Source of the DNA: Methanobacteriota archaeon | GTDB taxonomy: Archaea > Thermoplasmatota > Thermoplasmata > RBG-16-68-12 | Direction: 5' to 3' | DNA: 43,248 nt | Assembly (NCBI GenBank): GCA_005879065.1 | Contig: VBLU01000005.1 | Span: forward strand, 1 to 43,248 | Part shown: one piece after another, positions 1 to 9,464 of the stretch | Layout of the letters: the number at the start of each line of letters is the position of its first letter | Numbering within the stretch: position 1 is the stretch's first letter | The notes under the pieces: model-generated | Databases searched by the model: none | What the model saw: the letters and a program-made list of their open reading frames with translations, nothing else | What the model was told of the DNA's origin: nothing | Made by a program: the position numbers and the translations under genes

Positions 1-454
1 CCTGGCCTTCTACGACGCTTGGGCCGTATACCGGACGAAGCACATGATCACCCTCGCGGACGAACTGACGAGCCAGCGACTGCCGATCCTCCTGGTGATT
101 CCGAAGAAGGCCGGCTATTCGTTTCGCCAACAAAAGAGCCTCAAGGAGCAGGTCGCCTCCGGCGAGGAACGTGAGGCGATGTTCGTCGGTTTGGGAGACC
201 TCATCATCCCGGGGATCTTGGCGGTCTCCGCGTTCACGTTCTCGAGCGCCGCGGGCCGATCGTTCCTCGGCGTCCTGCCGAACGGGATCATCGCGTTTGG
301 CACCGTCCTCGGGAGCCTCGTGGGTTTCATGGTCTTGATGCGCTACGTCCTGAAGGGGAACCCGCAGGCGGGTCTCCCCCTCCTGAACGGCGGCGCACTC
401 CTCGGCTTCATCATCGCCAGTTTGCTCGTGTACGGGACGGTCCACATCGGTTGA
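1..454 (+). CDS. Presenilin/signal-peptide-peptidase family GxGD intramembrane aspartyl protease, 5' partial
   Basis: Frame is open from base 2 (LAFYDAWAVYRTKHM, YD catalytic motif). Also has GLGD and a PAL-like AGLP motif, plus hydrophobic helices. Confidence 0.9.
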   Translation, partial: LAFYDAWAVYRTKHMITLADELTSQRLPILLVIPKKAGYSFRQQKSLKEQVASGEEREAMFVGLGDLIIPGILAVSAFTFSSAAGRSFLGVLPNGIIAFGTVLGSLVGFMVLMRYVLKGNPQAGLPLLNGGALLGFIIASLLVYGTVHIG

Positions 455-496
455 CCCGGAACGGTCAAATACGCCCACCCCTTTGGCTCAGCTCCC

Positions 497-889
497 ATGG
501 CCCTATGGCAAGGACGATCCCGACGAAAGCCCACAGGCGGGCGGTACCGTCCCTTCCGGAAGAAACGCCGGCGGGAGATCGGCCGCGAGCAACAATGGGC
601 GTTCATCGGACCCCAACGTCTCAAGCTCTATCGCACGAAAGGCGCGAACCGCAAGGTCCGCGTGTTGAGCGCGGAGTTCGCGAACGTGCTGGATCGAAAA
701 ACCTCCGTGACGAAGAAGGTCAAAATCGTCACCGTCAAGGCGAATCCGTCGAACCCGAACTTCGTGACGCGGAACATCATCACCCGCGGCGCGACGATCC
801 AGACGGATCTCGGCCTCGCACGGGTCACCTCCCGTCCTGGCCAAGACGGCGTCGTGAACGCAGTCCTGGTCGAGGCGCCCGCGATCTAG
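497..889 (+). CDS. rps8e: 30S ribosomal protein S8e
   Basis: MALWQGRSRRKPTGG...RNIITRGATIQTDLGLARVTSRPGQDGVVNAVL is the S8e signature. Confidence 0.98.
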   Translation: MALWQGRSRRKPTGGRYRPFRKKRRREIGREQQWAFIGPQRLKLYRTKGANRKVRVLSAEFANVLDRKTSVTKKVKIVTVKANPSNPNFVTRNIITRGATIQTDLGLARVTSRPGQDGVVNAVLVEAPAI

Positions 890-895
890 GTCCGC

Positions 896-2209
896 CTACT
901 GGTTCGACGTCGTAATCCCGACGTCTTTGATCAACGCGTACGGAACGAAATTCGGCACGGAGACCTCGCCCCACCACATCATCTGCTCCGCCTCGTCGCT
1001 CAAGGCGACGATGTTCTTCATCAGATGAAGCAGATTGTCCGTGACGCGGATGTCCTTCCAGGCTTCGACGACGTCCCCGTTTCGGATGTGGAAGATCCCG
1101 TCTCGCGGGATCGTGGACAAGTCGCCGGTCACATAGGACTGGTATCGAGTGTACCAGGTGTTCGTGAGCCATAGGCCGTCCTTGACCTCCGAGAAGATCT
1201 CGTCCCGCGACCGATCCCCGGGCTTCACGAAGACCGCGTGGGAATCCGGTGCCACGAGGCCCGCGTTCCCTGTCGTCTTCGTCTTGAACTTCTTCGCGGT
1301 CGACGTGTTGTGCAGGTAGGTCTTCAGAATCCCTTTGTTGACGAGGAGGTTCCGGCGGGTGGGCACCCCTTCCGCATCGAATCGCTTGCGCGCGATCGAA
1401 TCCGCGGAACCGTCGTCGTAGAGGGTGAGCTGCGACGACGCAACCCGCTTGCCGATCTTCTTGCCGAACGGTGAGAGACCCGCGAGGACCGCCCAGGCAC
1501 TGAGACGGCCGCCGACCTGATCGGTCAGCGAACCGAAAATGAGTGGGTCGAAGAGGACTGTGTATCGGCCCGCCTTGGCCGGCTTCGGGGTCCGCGCCAG
1601 AGCTGCGATTCGTCCGGCTTTCTGTCCGGCCTTCTCCGGCTGGAACTGGGAGAGCTTCGAGGCACAAGCGATCCCATGGCCGCTCGATTCGAGCGACACG
1701 AGGGCGCGAATCGAGAGGTAGAGGCTCGCCCGGTGGTCGTGGCCCTCCGCGCCGTTCGACGTGGCAAGGAAGTGCTCGTCCTCGTACTTCCAGAAGGAGC
1801 CCGCACACTCCTTCGCGCCTTGGTCGAGCGCTCCGCCGACCGCGGCCTCCACGTACTTGCCGCCCTCGTGCAGGGAGAGGACCTTCGGGTCCGGGCGTGT
1901 GCGTGCATACCGGAACGGGCCTTTCGCAATCCCCGCGTAGTCCGGGTTGGCCTGGGATGTCTTCGCAATCTTCACAAGCCGTTCGACCGCCTCGTCCGTC
2001 TTGGATAGGTCTCTAACGTCGCTCGCGACGACCCGCTTACCGTGGACGACGAACACGGACGCGTTCGATTCGCGCCATTGGTTGCTAATCACGGCCTCGT
2101 TCCGCGCGAAACGAATCTGGTAGGACCGGTTCTCAACGACGTCTGCGACGGCGTCCTGACATCCGAGGGCGATCGCCTTGTCGACAATCCGGGATGCGAC
2201 ATCTTCCAT
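896..2209 (-). CDS. TldD/PmbA family protein, TldE/PmbA-like non-catalytic subunit
   Basis: 437 aa with FDAEGVPT, GILKTYLHN and TTGNAG motifs; no HExxxH; directly follows tldD. Confidence 0.88.
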   Translation of the reverse strand: MEDVASRIVDKAIALGCQDAVADVVENRSYQIRFARNEAVISNQWRESNASVFVVHGKRVVASDVRDLSKTDEAVERLVKIAKTSQANPDYAGIAKGPFRYARTRPDPKVLSLHEGGKYVEAAVGGALDQGAKECAGSFWKYEDEHFLATSNGAEGHDHRASLYLSIRALVSLESSGHGIACASKLSQFQPEKAGQKAGRIAALARTPKPAKAGRYTVLFDPLIFGSLTDQVGGRLSAWAVLAGLSPFGKKIGKRVASSQLTLYDDGSADSIARKRFDAEGVPTRRNLLVNKGILKTYLHNTSTAKKFKTKTTGNAGLVAPDSHAVFVKPGDRSRDEIFSEVKDGLWLTNTWYTRYQSYVTGDLSTIPRDGIFHIRNGDVVEAWKDIRVTDNLLHLMKNIVALSDEAEQMMWWGEVSVPNFVPYALIKDVGITTSNQ

Positions 2210-2213
2210 CCGA

Positions 2214-3629
2214 TCACCTCAGATGCACGTTCCGGAGGCGGATCGGCGGTCCCCCCATGCTCGCGTCGAGCGCTTGCCCCGGATCCGACTTGCCGCAGAA
2301 CCCGGCCTCGAAGTCGAGGTCCTTCCCGACCGCATCGACGGCGGACCAGAAGGCGGGCGTCGTGAGCTCGACGATCGTGTTCCTCACGGGGTGCTTCACC
2401 TCGCCGTCCTCAATGAGGTACGCTTCGCGTCCCGCATATTTCGCGTTGTATCGCTTGTCGTCGATGTTCCATTCCATGAAGCTCTTCATGTAAACGCCGA
2501 ACTTCACGTCCTCGAGGAGCTCTTCTAAGGTGTGGTCCTTCGGCTCCACGAACGTGTTCGCCATCCGCACGATGGCCTCGACGTTGTAGTTCACGGCGCG
2601 CGAGGCCCCGTTGCTGTGCGTCCCGAGGGCCGCAGCGGTCTCGCGGTTCTGGAGGAATTCCGTCACTCGGCCTTCCTTGTACAGGTATCGCCGGCGGGCC
2701 TTCACGCCTTCGTCGTCCGTGAGATAGTACGCGATCGCATGCTCGACCGTCGGATCGTCGACGACGGTCACTAGTTCGGAGCCGACCCGCATGCCCAAGC
2801 CGTCCGGCGGGATGAATGACTTACCGGCCTGCGCTGCCTCGCGGCCGAGCACCCGATCGGCCTCCGTCGGGTGGCCACACGATTCGTGGGAGGCGATGCC
2901 GGCCACCTGGGGGCCGGCCACGAGGTCCATCTTCCCCTCGGGGGACTTCTTCCCCTCCGTGAGGGACCGATGCATCGACCGGGCCTCTTCGACCACCCGG
3001 TCGCTGAGGCCCCAGGTGGAGATGCCTTCCCACCCGCCGGACCACCCGTAGTTCCGGCTGGTCTGTTCGACGCCCGCACCCTCAACGACCGTGAGGAAGT
3101 AGAAGACCCGGAGGCGCGGACTGTACGATTCAATCCGCGACCCCTCCGAGTTCGCGAAGAACTTCCGGATCCGGTTGTCGCTGAGATTGAAGAAACGGGC
3201 CGCGATCTTGAACCCGAGCTGCATCACGTCCCGGTCGACGCCCTGAATCTCGGCGATCTTCTCCTCGACCGAGACGTCGGCGAGCTTCTTCGACTCTGGG
3301 ACCGACCAGTTCATGGCGATCGAGTCTTCCTGGGCGAACGTGATCTTCGTCTTCCGCCGCGAGGCTTTCGCGATCTTGATCGCGTCGTCCACGATTGCGC
3401 GCACGCCGTCTTTCGACAACGAGTTCGTCGCGGCGAATCCGAGCGCGCCGTTCACCAAGACGCGGACGCCGATGCCCTGGTCGTGGCCCACGTACAGCGC
3501 GTCCAACACGCCGTTCTTGAGGATGAAATTCTCCGGATCCTGCTTCTCGTATCGCGCCTCCGCATAGGTCGCTCCCTTCGATCGCGCTTGGTCAACGGCA
3601 AAATCCACGAGGTCCATTTCGGCGTTCAT
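2214..3629 (-). CDS. tldD: TldD metalloprotease
   Basis: HESCGHPTEAD zinc motif, DDEGV, RMANT and C-terminal CGK. Start moved to ATG 3629 (MNAEMDLVDFAV) because the longer ORF overlaps srp19. Confidence 0.92.
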   Translation of the reverse strand: MNAEMDLVDFAVDQARSKGATYAEARYEKQDPENFILKNGVLDALYVGHDQGIGVRVLVNGALGFAATNSLSKDGVRAIVDDAIKIAKASRRKTKITFAQEDSIAMNWSVPESKKLADVSVEEKIAEIQGVDRDVMQLGFKIAARFFNLSDNRIRKFFANSEGSRIESYSPRLRVFYFLTVVEGAGVEQTSRNYGWSGGWEGISTWGLSDRVVEEARSMHRSLTEGKKSPEGKMDLVAGPQVAGIASHESCGHPTEADRVLGREAAQAGKSFIPPDGLGMRVGSELVTVVDDPTVEHAIAYYLTDDEGVKARRRYLYKEGRVTEFLQNRETAAALGTHSNGASRAVNYNVEAIVRMANTFVEPKDHTLEELLEDVKFGVYMKSFMEWNIDDKRYNAKYAGREAYLIEDGEVKHPVRNTIVELTTPAFWSAVDAVGKDLDFEAGFCGKSDPGQALDASMGGPPIRLRNVHLR

Positions 3630-3739
3630 GTCTCGGCTCCCCCGGACGGGCTCGGACAAAGCGGTTACGGGAATGAAGGTATCGTCCCGCGGGACTCCGA
3701 CCAAACCCTTATGGCGTCGGCGAGATTCGGACCGCGTCC

Positions 3740-4024
3740 ATGCCGAAGGGAGACCGACCCATCGTCCTCTATCCCGCCTACTTCGACGTCGGTCGATCCC
3801 GGCACGAGGGACGCCGCGTCGCGAAGCGGTGGGCCGTGGAGTCGCCGACCGCACAGGAAGTCGCGAGTGCCGCGAAGGCGCTCGGCCTCGAGCCTCAGGT
3901 GGAGGATGGCAAGGCGTTCCCCTCGACGCCTTGGCGGAAAGACGGCCGGGTCCTCGTCCGCGCCGACTACTACAAGACGTCAATTGTGCAGAAGGTCGCG
4001 AAGCACATCAAGGAGTCCCGCTAA
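3740..4024 (+). CDS. srp19: Signal recognition particle protein SRP19
   Basis: IVLYPAYFD...SRHEGRRV...AVESPT...KAFPSTPW...GRV is the SRP19/SEC65 pattern. Confidence 0.95.
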   Translation: MPKGDRPIVLYPAYFDVGRSRHEGRRVAKRWAVESPTAQEVASAAKALGLEPQVEDGKAFPSTPWRKDGRVLVRADYYKTSIVQKVAKHIKESR

Positions 4025-4040
4025 TGGAATCTCGATCGAA

Positions 4041-4334
4041 TCATCGATGGTCTTGCGGGGTCCGGACATCTTCGACGAGGCGCTTGCCGGTCGACACCAA
4101 GTCGACGGAATGGATCACCGCGCCCATCTCCCGCAAGGTCTCCTCCACGCTCGGGTAGGTGATCGACGTGCCCTCGATCGTAACCTTGACGCTCTCCGTC
4201 TCCTGATCGACTTCGTGGAGGGTCAAGTTCACGCCGTCCACGCCCTTCAGTCCGCTCAGACGGAGCGACATGTCGACCAAGGATGGCTTGTGGGGTTTCA
4301 GCACATCCAACACGATGCGTTTGATGTCGCTCAC
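4041..4334 (-). CDS. DUF211 family archaeal protein
   Basis: IKRIVLDVLKPHKP...GAVIHSVD pattern; GTG start. Confidence 0.9.
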   Translation of the reverse strand: MSDIKRIVLDVLKPHKPSLVDMSLRLSGLKGVDGVNLTLHEVDQETESVKVTIEGTSITYPSVEETLREMGAVIHSVDLVSTGKRLVEDVRTPQDHR

Positions 4335-4403
4335 GGGAGGCCGGCTCCGAGGGCTCAGTCCATAGGGGCGTTCGATGATAACGTTTGCGGCCTTCGGACC
4401 CCG

Positions 4404-5291
4404 CTACGCGGTCGTGACTTCCGCTCCACCGCTCCCGACGATCATCGTGTGCTCCGTTTGAGAGACGATTCCGTTCCCCAGATCTAGGAGGGCTGGATAC
4501 GACATCACGGCCCCGGTCCGGAGGAGCGAATTCAGGAGCGTCGGAGTCCGCGGTTCGAGACGGAAAGCCCATCGCTCGGCGAACGGTAGCGTCTTGAATT
4601 CCCGCGAGAGGAGCGCGAGAAAGTCGTTCAGCTCCGGCTGTTTCGTGGGCTTCGTACGGACCACCCGGTAGATGTTCCCGGTCCGGCGGCCGTCCACCTC
4701 TCCCGCGCCGGACGAGGCGAACGGCTCGATGGCGACCACCTCTCCCTCTTCGAGGACGTCGTGGCCGTGCGCGATGTTGGGGACGCTTTTGCCCGCATGG
4801 AGCAGGTACCGCTCCACCGAATGCCCGGTCAGGTTTCGGATCGGCCGAAACCCGTGCGACTCGATCGCCCGCTGGATCCCCTCGCCGATCGTACGCGTGG
4901 ACACCCCCGCATGCACGGCCTCGACCGCAGTCTGAAGTGCAAGCTCGGAGGCCCGGATGAGAGCGGTCCAGTTCCGCGTGCCGACCTCGACCGTCTGGGC
5001 GGTGTCCGCGATCCAACCCTCCTGTTGCGCCCCCAGGTCCAGCTTCACGACGTTCCCCCGACGGAACCGGAGGTCGTCGTCGTGGGTGGGCGAGTAATGA
5101 GCCGCCACCTGGTCAATCGAAATGCACGTCGGGAAGGCGGGTTGGAGACCCCTCCGGGCCATGAGTCCCTCAACCTCCTCGGCGAGCTCCCGGAGGAGCC
5201 CACCTTCGTGGACGAGCTCGACCGCGCGTTCGCGGGCTTCTCGGGACACCTTTCCGGCGTGGAGCAGCGCATCGTGCCGGTCCGGATCCAT
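4404..5291 (-). CDS. map: Type II methionine aminopeptidase
   Basis: AFP..S...AAHYSP, KLDLG, IADTA, NLTGH, AIEPF, LPFAERW and QTEHT motifs. Confidence 0.96.
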   Translation of the reverse strand: MDPDRHDALLHAGKVSREARERAVELVHEGGLLRELAEEVEGLMARRGLQPAFPTCISIDQVAAHYSPTHDDDLRFRRGNVVKLDLGAQQEGWIADTAQTVEVGTRNWTALIRASELALQTAVEAVHAGVSTRTIGEGIQRAIESHGFRPIRNLTGHSVERYLLHAGKSVPNIAHGHDVLEEGEVVAIEPFASSGAGEVDGRRTGNIYRVVRTKPTKQPELNDFLALLSREFKTLPFAERWAFRLEPRTPTLLNSLLRTGAVMSYPALLDLGNGIVSQTEHTMIVGSGGAEVTTA

Positions 5292-5295
5292 TCCT

Positions 5296-5916
5296 CTACG
5301 CTCCCAGAGGCGACGTCCCCCGTCTCAGGACCTTGGCTTGCTTCCCGGAGAGATCGACGACGGATGACTCGCCGCCGAGCGGCGTGGCCCCCCCATCGAT
5401 GTACAGGTCCACGTGGTCCCCGAGTTGCTCTCGGGCCGCCTCGCACGTGCGGGGAGCGGGCTGTCCATGCCGGTTCGCGCTCGTCGAGGTAATCGGACCG
5501 ATGGCCTTGGCGAGCAGGCGCGGAATCGGATGTCCCGGGATGCGCAGCGCGACTCGCCCGTCCCTCGACACCATCGGGGGTGGTGCTTGCGCGGTCGCCC
5601 GGAGGACGACCGTGAATGGCCCCGGCAAATTCTTCGCGCAAAACGCCTGCGCGATCGGAGTCGGATCTCCGAACCGAAAAATGTCGGCGATGTCCGCGAC
5701 GGCCATGGACACTGGCTCGTCGCGCGGCCGCGACTTCGCCGCGAACAGGCGGTCTACCGCTTTCTCCTGGAACGGGTCCGCACCGAGGCCGTAGGCGGTG
5801 TCCGTCGGGTACACGACGAGTCCGCCTCCCCGGAGCACGTCCCGAATTCGGTCCAGCGCGCGCGCCTCGAGCAGATACTTGGTGCCCAACGACTGCGCCA
5901 CGATTGTGGTCGCCAC
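5296..5916 (-). CDS. tsaC: L-threonylcarbamoyladenylate synthase (single-domain TsaC/YrdC type)
   Basis: VVYPTDTAYGL, KSR, LPGPFT and TSTSAN motifs; 206 aa with no C-terminal SUA5 domain; GTG start. Confidence 0.92.
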   Translation of the reverse strand: MATTIVAQSLGTKYLLEARALDRIRDVLRGGGLVVYPTDTAYGLGADPFQEKAVDRLFAAKSRPRDEPVSMAVADIADIFRFGDPTPIAQAFCAKNLPGPFTVVLRATAQAPPPMVSRDGRVALRIPGHPIPRLLAKAIGPITSTSANRHGQPAPRTCEAAREQLGDHVDLYIDGGATPLGGESSVVDLSGKQAKVLRRGTSPLGA

Positions 5917-5955
5917 GCCGCTGCACAGTCGCGGTGCCCCTAAAGGCTTTCGCGG

Positions 5956-6441
5956 TCACAGGTACAGGAGGTACGCGCGCAGGTCCTTCGGGTCGGGAGG
6001 CGGTTGGTAGGGGTCGAGATGCATGCCGTCGGCGTGGGTCAGTTTCGCGACGATCGCCCGGGTGAACGAGGCGGATTCCGCCGAGATCGCGAGCTCCTCG
6101 AGGGGGACGAAGGCCGCCTCGCTCACCTCGTCATGGTCCGGCTCGGGTCGGCCGGATATGTACGCCAGACGAAAGACGAGGAACGTGTCGTTCGCGGCTT
6201 CCGTGACGCGATTTCGGACCGCGAGGAGCGAGCCGGTCCGACCGACGATGTTCGTCTCCTCTTTCACCTCTCGCTCCACGGACTGCACGATCGACTCGTG
6301 TCGCTCGACATACCCGGACGGGATCGTCCACTGCCCCTTCGAAGGGCCGTAGGTCTTTCGGACGACCAGGAGCCCTCGTTCGCGGACCAGAAACGCACCT
6401 ACGCCGACCGTGATGGGAAGGGTCGCGACGTTCGGCAACAT
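5956..6441 (-). CDS. NUDIX hydrolase
   Basis: Nudix box GYVERHESIVQSVEREVKEETNI. Confidence 0.92.
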   Translation of the reverse strand: MLPNVATLPITVGVGAFLVRERGLLVVRKTYGPSKGQWTIPSGYVERHESIVQSVEREVKEETNIVGRTGSLLAVRNRVTEAANDTFLVFRLAYISGRPEPDHDEVSEAAFVPLEELAISAESASFTRAIVAKLTHADGMHLDPYQPPPDPKDLRAYLLYL

Positions 6442-6509
6442 GCCTCCTGAGAAGACCTGGAACGAGATGGCTTTTTGTCCCCGCCGACCTTCCCCACGGA
6501 CAGGGTTTC

Positions 6510-8309
6510 ATGGGTCGCAAGGTCACGTTCACGCCCGGGCGGTTCCTGAAAAAAATCTGGCAATTGGGCAGCTTCGACGTGTCCCCCGACGGACGACGCC
6601 TCGCCTATTCGGCGAACAAGGGCGAACAGTGGTCCGTTTTCATCCTGGACATCCGGACGAAGCGGGAGAAGCCCCTCCTCCGCTCCGATCAGTCGATCCT
6701 GCAACCGGAGTTCTCGCCGGACGGACAGTGGCTCGCGGTCCAATCGGACTTCGAGGGCGACGAGAACTTCAACATCTACGTGACGCCCGCCGCCGGCGGC
6801 ACGGCCCGTAAGATTACGGACACGACGTGGGACAGCGCCTCCCCACGTTGGTCTCCGGACGGTCGGAGGATCGCGTTCACTTCAAACCGGGATGGCGACC
6901 GAGACAATGTCTTCGTCGTCGAGGCGACGGGAAGCGAGACGAAGCAACTCACGAACGTGGACGAGATCGTGACAGAAATCGCATGGCGGCCGGATGGGAA
7001 GAGCGTCGCCTTCTCCGCCGGGGTCGGGCTCCACGACTACGTAGGGCTCGTGGATCTCGCCGGCCACATGCAGAAAGTGGTCGACTTCCCGGATTCGGAG
7101 AGCTCGATCGGTGGCGACCTCGGGGCTCCCAAGCCGTGGTCTCCGGATGGCCGTGAGCTCGCCTTCGTGTCGAACGTCCATGATCACCAGGATATCGGAG
7201 TCCTCGACATCCGGACGCGCCGTGTACGATGGCTCGTCGAGAGCAAATGGGACAAAACCCGGCCCCTGTGGTCCCCCGATGGGAAAGCGATCGCGTTCCT
7301 GGAGAACCGGGACGGAAACATCCAGCTCAAGACCGTTTCCACCGCAGGAAGGAGTCCGCGCGGCATCTCTCGCCCCAAAGGGACCGCGAGCCGTGCGCTC
7401 TGGCAGCCGAGCGGTCGCGGCCTGGTCTTCCTCTATTCCACATTCACAACACCGGACCGTCTCGTGGCCGCCTCGGGCAAGAGTGGGCGGGTCCTGGTCG
7501 ATAGTCTCCGCGGCAAATTGCCTACGGGCGAATTCGCCGACGGGAAGCTCGTCAGGTATCGCACGTTCGATGGGCGCCGGATCCCGGCCTGGTTGTTTGT
7601 CCCGCCGAAGAAACGGTCCCGCCACGCGGCCCTCGTCTCACCGCACGGCGGCCCGGAGGCGCAGACCGTGAACGAATGGATCATCAAGTATCAGTTCCTC
7701 GTCGCCCAGGGGTTCACCGTCCTCGCGCCGAACTACCGGGGCGGCACCGGATACGGCCGCGCTTGGCGGCGTCTGAGCGACCACGACCTGGGTGGCGCAG
7801 ACATGCAGGACATCATCGCGGGCGGCCGATGGCTCATGAAAGAGGGACACTGTGCCCCCGATCGACTCGGAGCCATCGGCACCAGCTACGGCGGGTATTC
7901 CGTCGCGCACGTGCTCGAGAAGGCCCCGGACCTCTGGGCCGTCGGCGTGAGCATCGTCGGATACTTCAACTGGATGACCGCGACGACGAACGAACGCGGG
8001 TATCTGCAACAGTACGATCGACAGAAGATGGGGCACCCGGATACGGACCCCGACCTGTTCCGGAAGTACTCGCCGATCTACTTCTTGGACAGCATCCGGG
8101 CGCCGGTCCTCTTCACCGGCGGAGCGCACGATCCTCGATGCCCGGTCACCGAGGCACGGGCGATGGTCGAGGAGATGAAGAAGATGGGCAAGACGGTGGA
8201 CTACCTCGAATTCCCGGACGAAGGCCACTCGCCCCGCAAGATGTCGAACCAGATCCGGCTCCACGAACGCGCGATCGGTTGGTTGACTCGATACCTACCC
8301 GACGTCTGA
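6510..8309 (+). CDS. S9 family (acylaminoacyl/dipeptidyl) peptidase with TolB-like beta-propeller
   Basis: Repeated WSPDG motifs, HGGP, GTSYGG nucleophile, DPRC Asp and DEGH His. Confidence 0.94.
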   Translation: MGRKVTFTPGRFLKKIWQLGSFDVSPDGRRLAYSANKGEQWSVFILDIRTKREKPLLRSDQSILQPEFSPDGQWLAVQSDFEGDENFNIYVTPAAGGTARKITDTTWDSASPRWSPDGRRIAFTSNRDGDRDNVFVVEATGSETKQLTNVDEIVTEIAWRPDGKSVAFSAGVGLHDYVGLVDLAGHMQKVVDFPDSESSIGGDLGAPKPWSPDGRELAFVSNVHDHQDIGVLDIRTRRVRWLVESKWDKTRPLWSPDGKAIAFLENRDGNIQLKTVSTAGRSPRGISRPKGTASRALWQPSGRGLVFLYSTFTTPDRLVAASGKSGRVLVDSLRGKLPTGEFADGKLVRYRTFDGRRIPAWLFVPPKKRSRHAALVSPHGGPEAQTVNEWIIKYQFLVAQGFTVLAPNYRGGTGYGRAWRRLSDHDLGGADMQDIIAGGRWLMKEGHCAPDRLGAIGTSYGGYSVAHVLEKAPDLWAVGVSIVGYFNWMTATTNERGYLQQYDRQKMGHPDTDPDLFRKYSPIYFLDSIRAPVLFTGGAHDPRCPVTEARAMVEEMKKMGKTVDYLEFPDEGHSPRKMSNQIRLHERAIGWLTRYLPDV

Positions 8310-8312
8310 GTC

Positions 8313-9398
8313 TCACACGCTCGCGCGGACGGCCTTCAGGAGCCAATCGATAGACTCCGGGTCCGCTTGGGTGCCCATCGTCCCGACCCGGATCGTCTTC
8401 CCGCGCAGCGGACCGAGTCCGCCCGAGATGTAGATATCATGCTCGTCCTTTAGGCGCCTCACGAGACGGGCCGGGTCGACCCCGGGAGGAGGGGTGAAGC
8501 AGCCCACCGTGTTCGAGAGGATCGCGGACGGCCCGACAGGCTTGAATCCGAGCTCGGCCAGGCCGGCCCGCAATCGAGCCGCGACCTTCGCATGTCGAGC
8601 GAAGCGCGCCTCGAGGCCTTCCTCCCGCAGGAGCTTGAGCGCCCGGTGGAAAGCATAGAACAGGTTCGAGGAAATCGTGGTCGGGGTCGGATGCCAGTCG
8701 CCCCACTCCCGCTCGTACCGGTCCCAGGTGTACAGGTTCAGGTACCATCCTTCCACGGATTTCGGGTCCGTCGATTCCCAAAGCGACCGCGATACGGCGA
8801 CGGGGGCGATGCCCGCGGGGGCGGCGATGCACTTCTGGGACGCCGAGAACCCGGCATCGATCCCGAGCTTCGCGAACGGAAGCGGGAGCCCGCCGAGGGA
8901 AGAGACAGCGTCCACGATCACGAACGCGTCAGCGGCATGGGCGGCCTCGACGATCGGGTCGAGGGAGTTCGTCACCCCGGTCGAGGTCTCGTTGTGGACT
9001 ACGACGACGGCCTTCGCGGGCGTCTTCAACGCCGTCCGTAGGGCCGCGAGATCCGGGGCGGACCCCCACGCCGATGAGACGAGGTCCGCTTTTACCCGAT
9101 GCGTGAGCAGGACCTCGTGCGTCCGGTCGCCGAAGAAACCGTTCGACACGACGACGATTCGGTCGCCCGGTCGGAGGAACGTGTATCCGATCGCCTCCAG
9201 GGCGGCATGACCAGGTCCCGCGATCGGGAACACGTGCGCATCTGGGGCGGACCAGATGTACCGCATCATCTCCCCCGTTTCGGAGTGGGCCTTCACCCAG
9301 GCGTCGCCGTAGTGCGGTGCCGCGGGCTTCGCAAGTTCCTCGCGCACTTGCCGAGGAAGAGGGACGGGCCCGGGAATGAGAAGTAGACCCGGCTCCAT
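8313..9398 (-). CDS. Class V PLP aminotransferase (alanine-glyoxylate/serine-pyruvate type)
   Basis: LLIPGP, VHNETSTG, VDAVSSLG, SQKC (PLP Lys) and IRVGTMG motifs. Confidence 0.93.
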   Translation of the reverse strand: MEPGLLLIPGPVPLPRQVREELAKPAAPHYGDAWVKAHSETGEMMRYIWSAPDAHVFPIAGPGHAALEAIGYTFLRPGDRIVVVSNGFFGDRTHEVLLTHRVKADLVSSAWGSAPDLAALRTALKTPAKAVVVVHNETSTGVTNSLDPIVEAAHAADAFVIVDAVSSLGGLPLPFAKLGIDAGFSASQKCIAAPAGIAPVAVSRSLWESTDPKSVEGWYLNLYTWDRYEREWGDWHPTPTTISSNLFYAFHRALKLLREEGLEARFARHAKVAARLRAGLAELGFKPVGPSAILSNTVGCFTPPPGVDPARLVRRLKDEHDIYISGGLGPLRGKTIRVGTMGTQADPESIDWLLKAVRASV

Positions 9399-9464
9399 GG
9401 AACCCCGTCCTTCAATGGATTCGACGATACTTCAAGCTGCCCCGACACGAATTGACACGCGACC

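Noticed and set aside
3630-3983. N-terminal extensions of TldD (to 3983) and VOC (to 24701) in the ORF track
   Set aside because: They overlap srp19 and lhr respectively and read as low-complexity non-coding translation; downstream ATGs fit the families.
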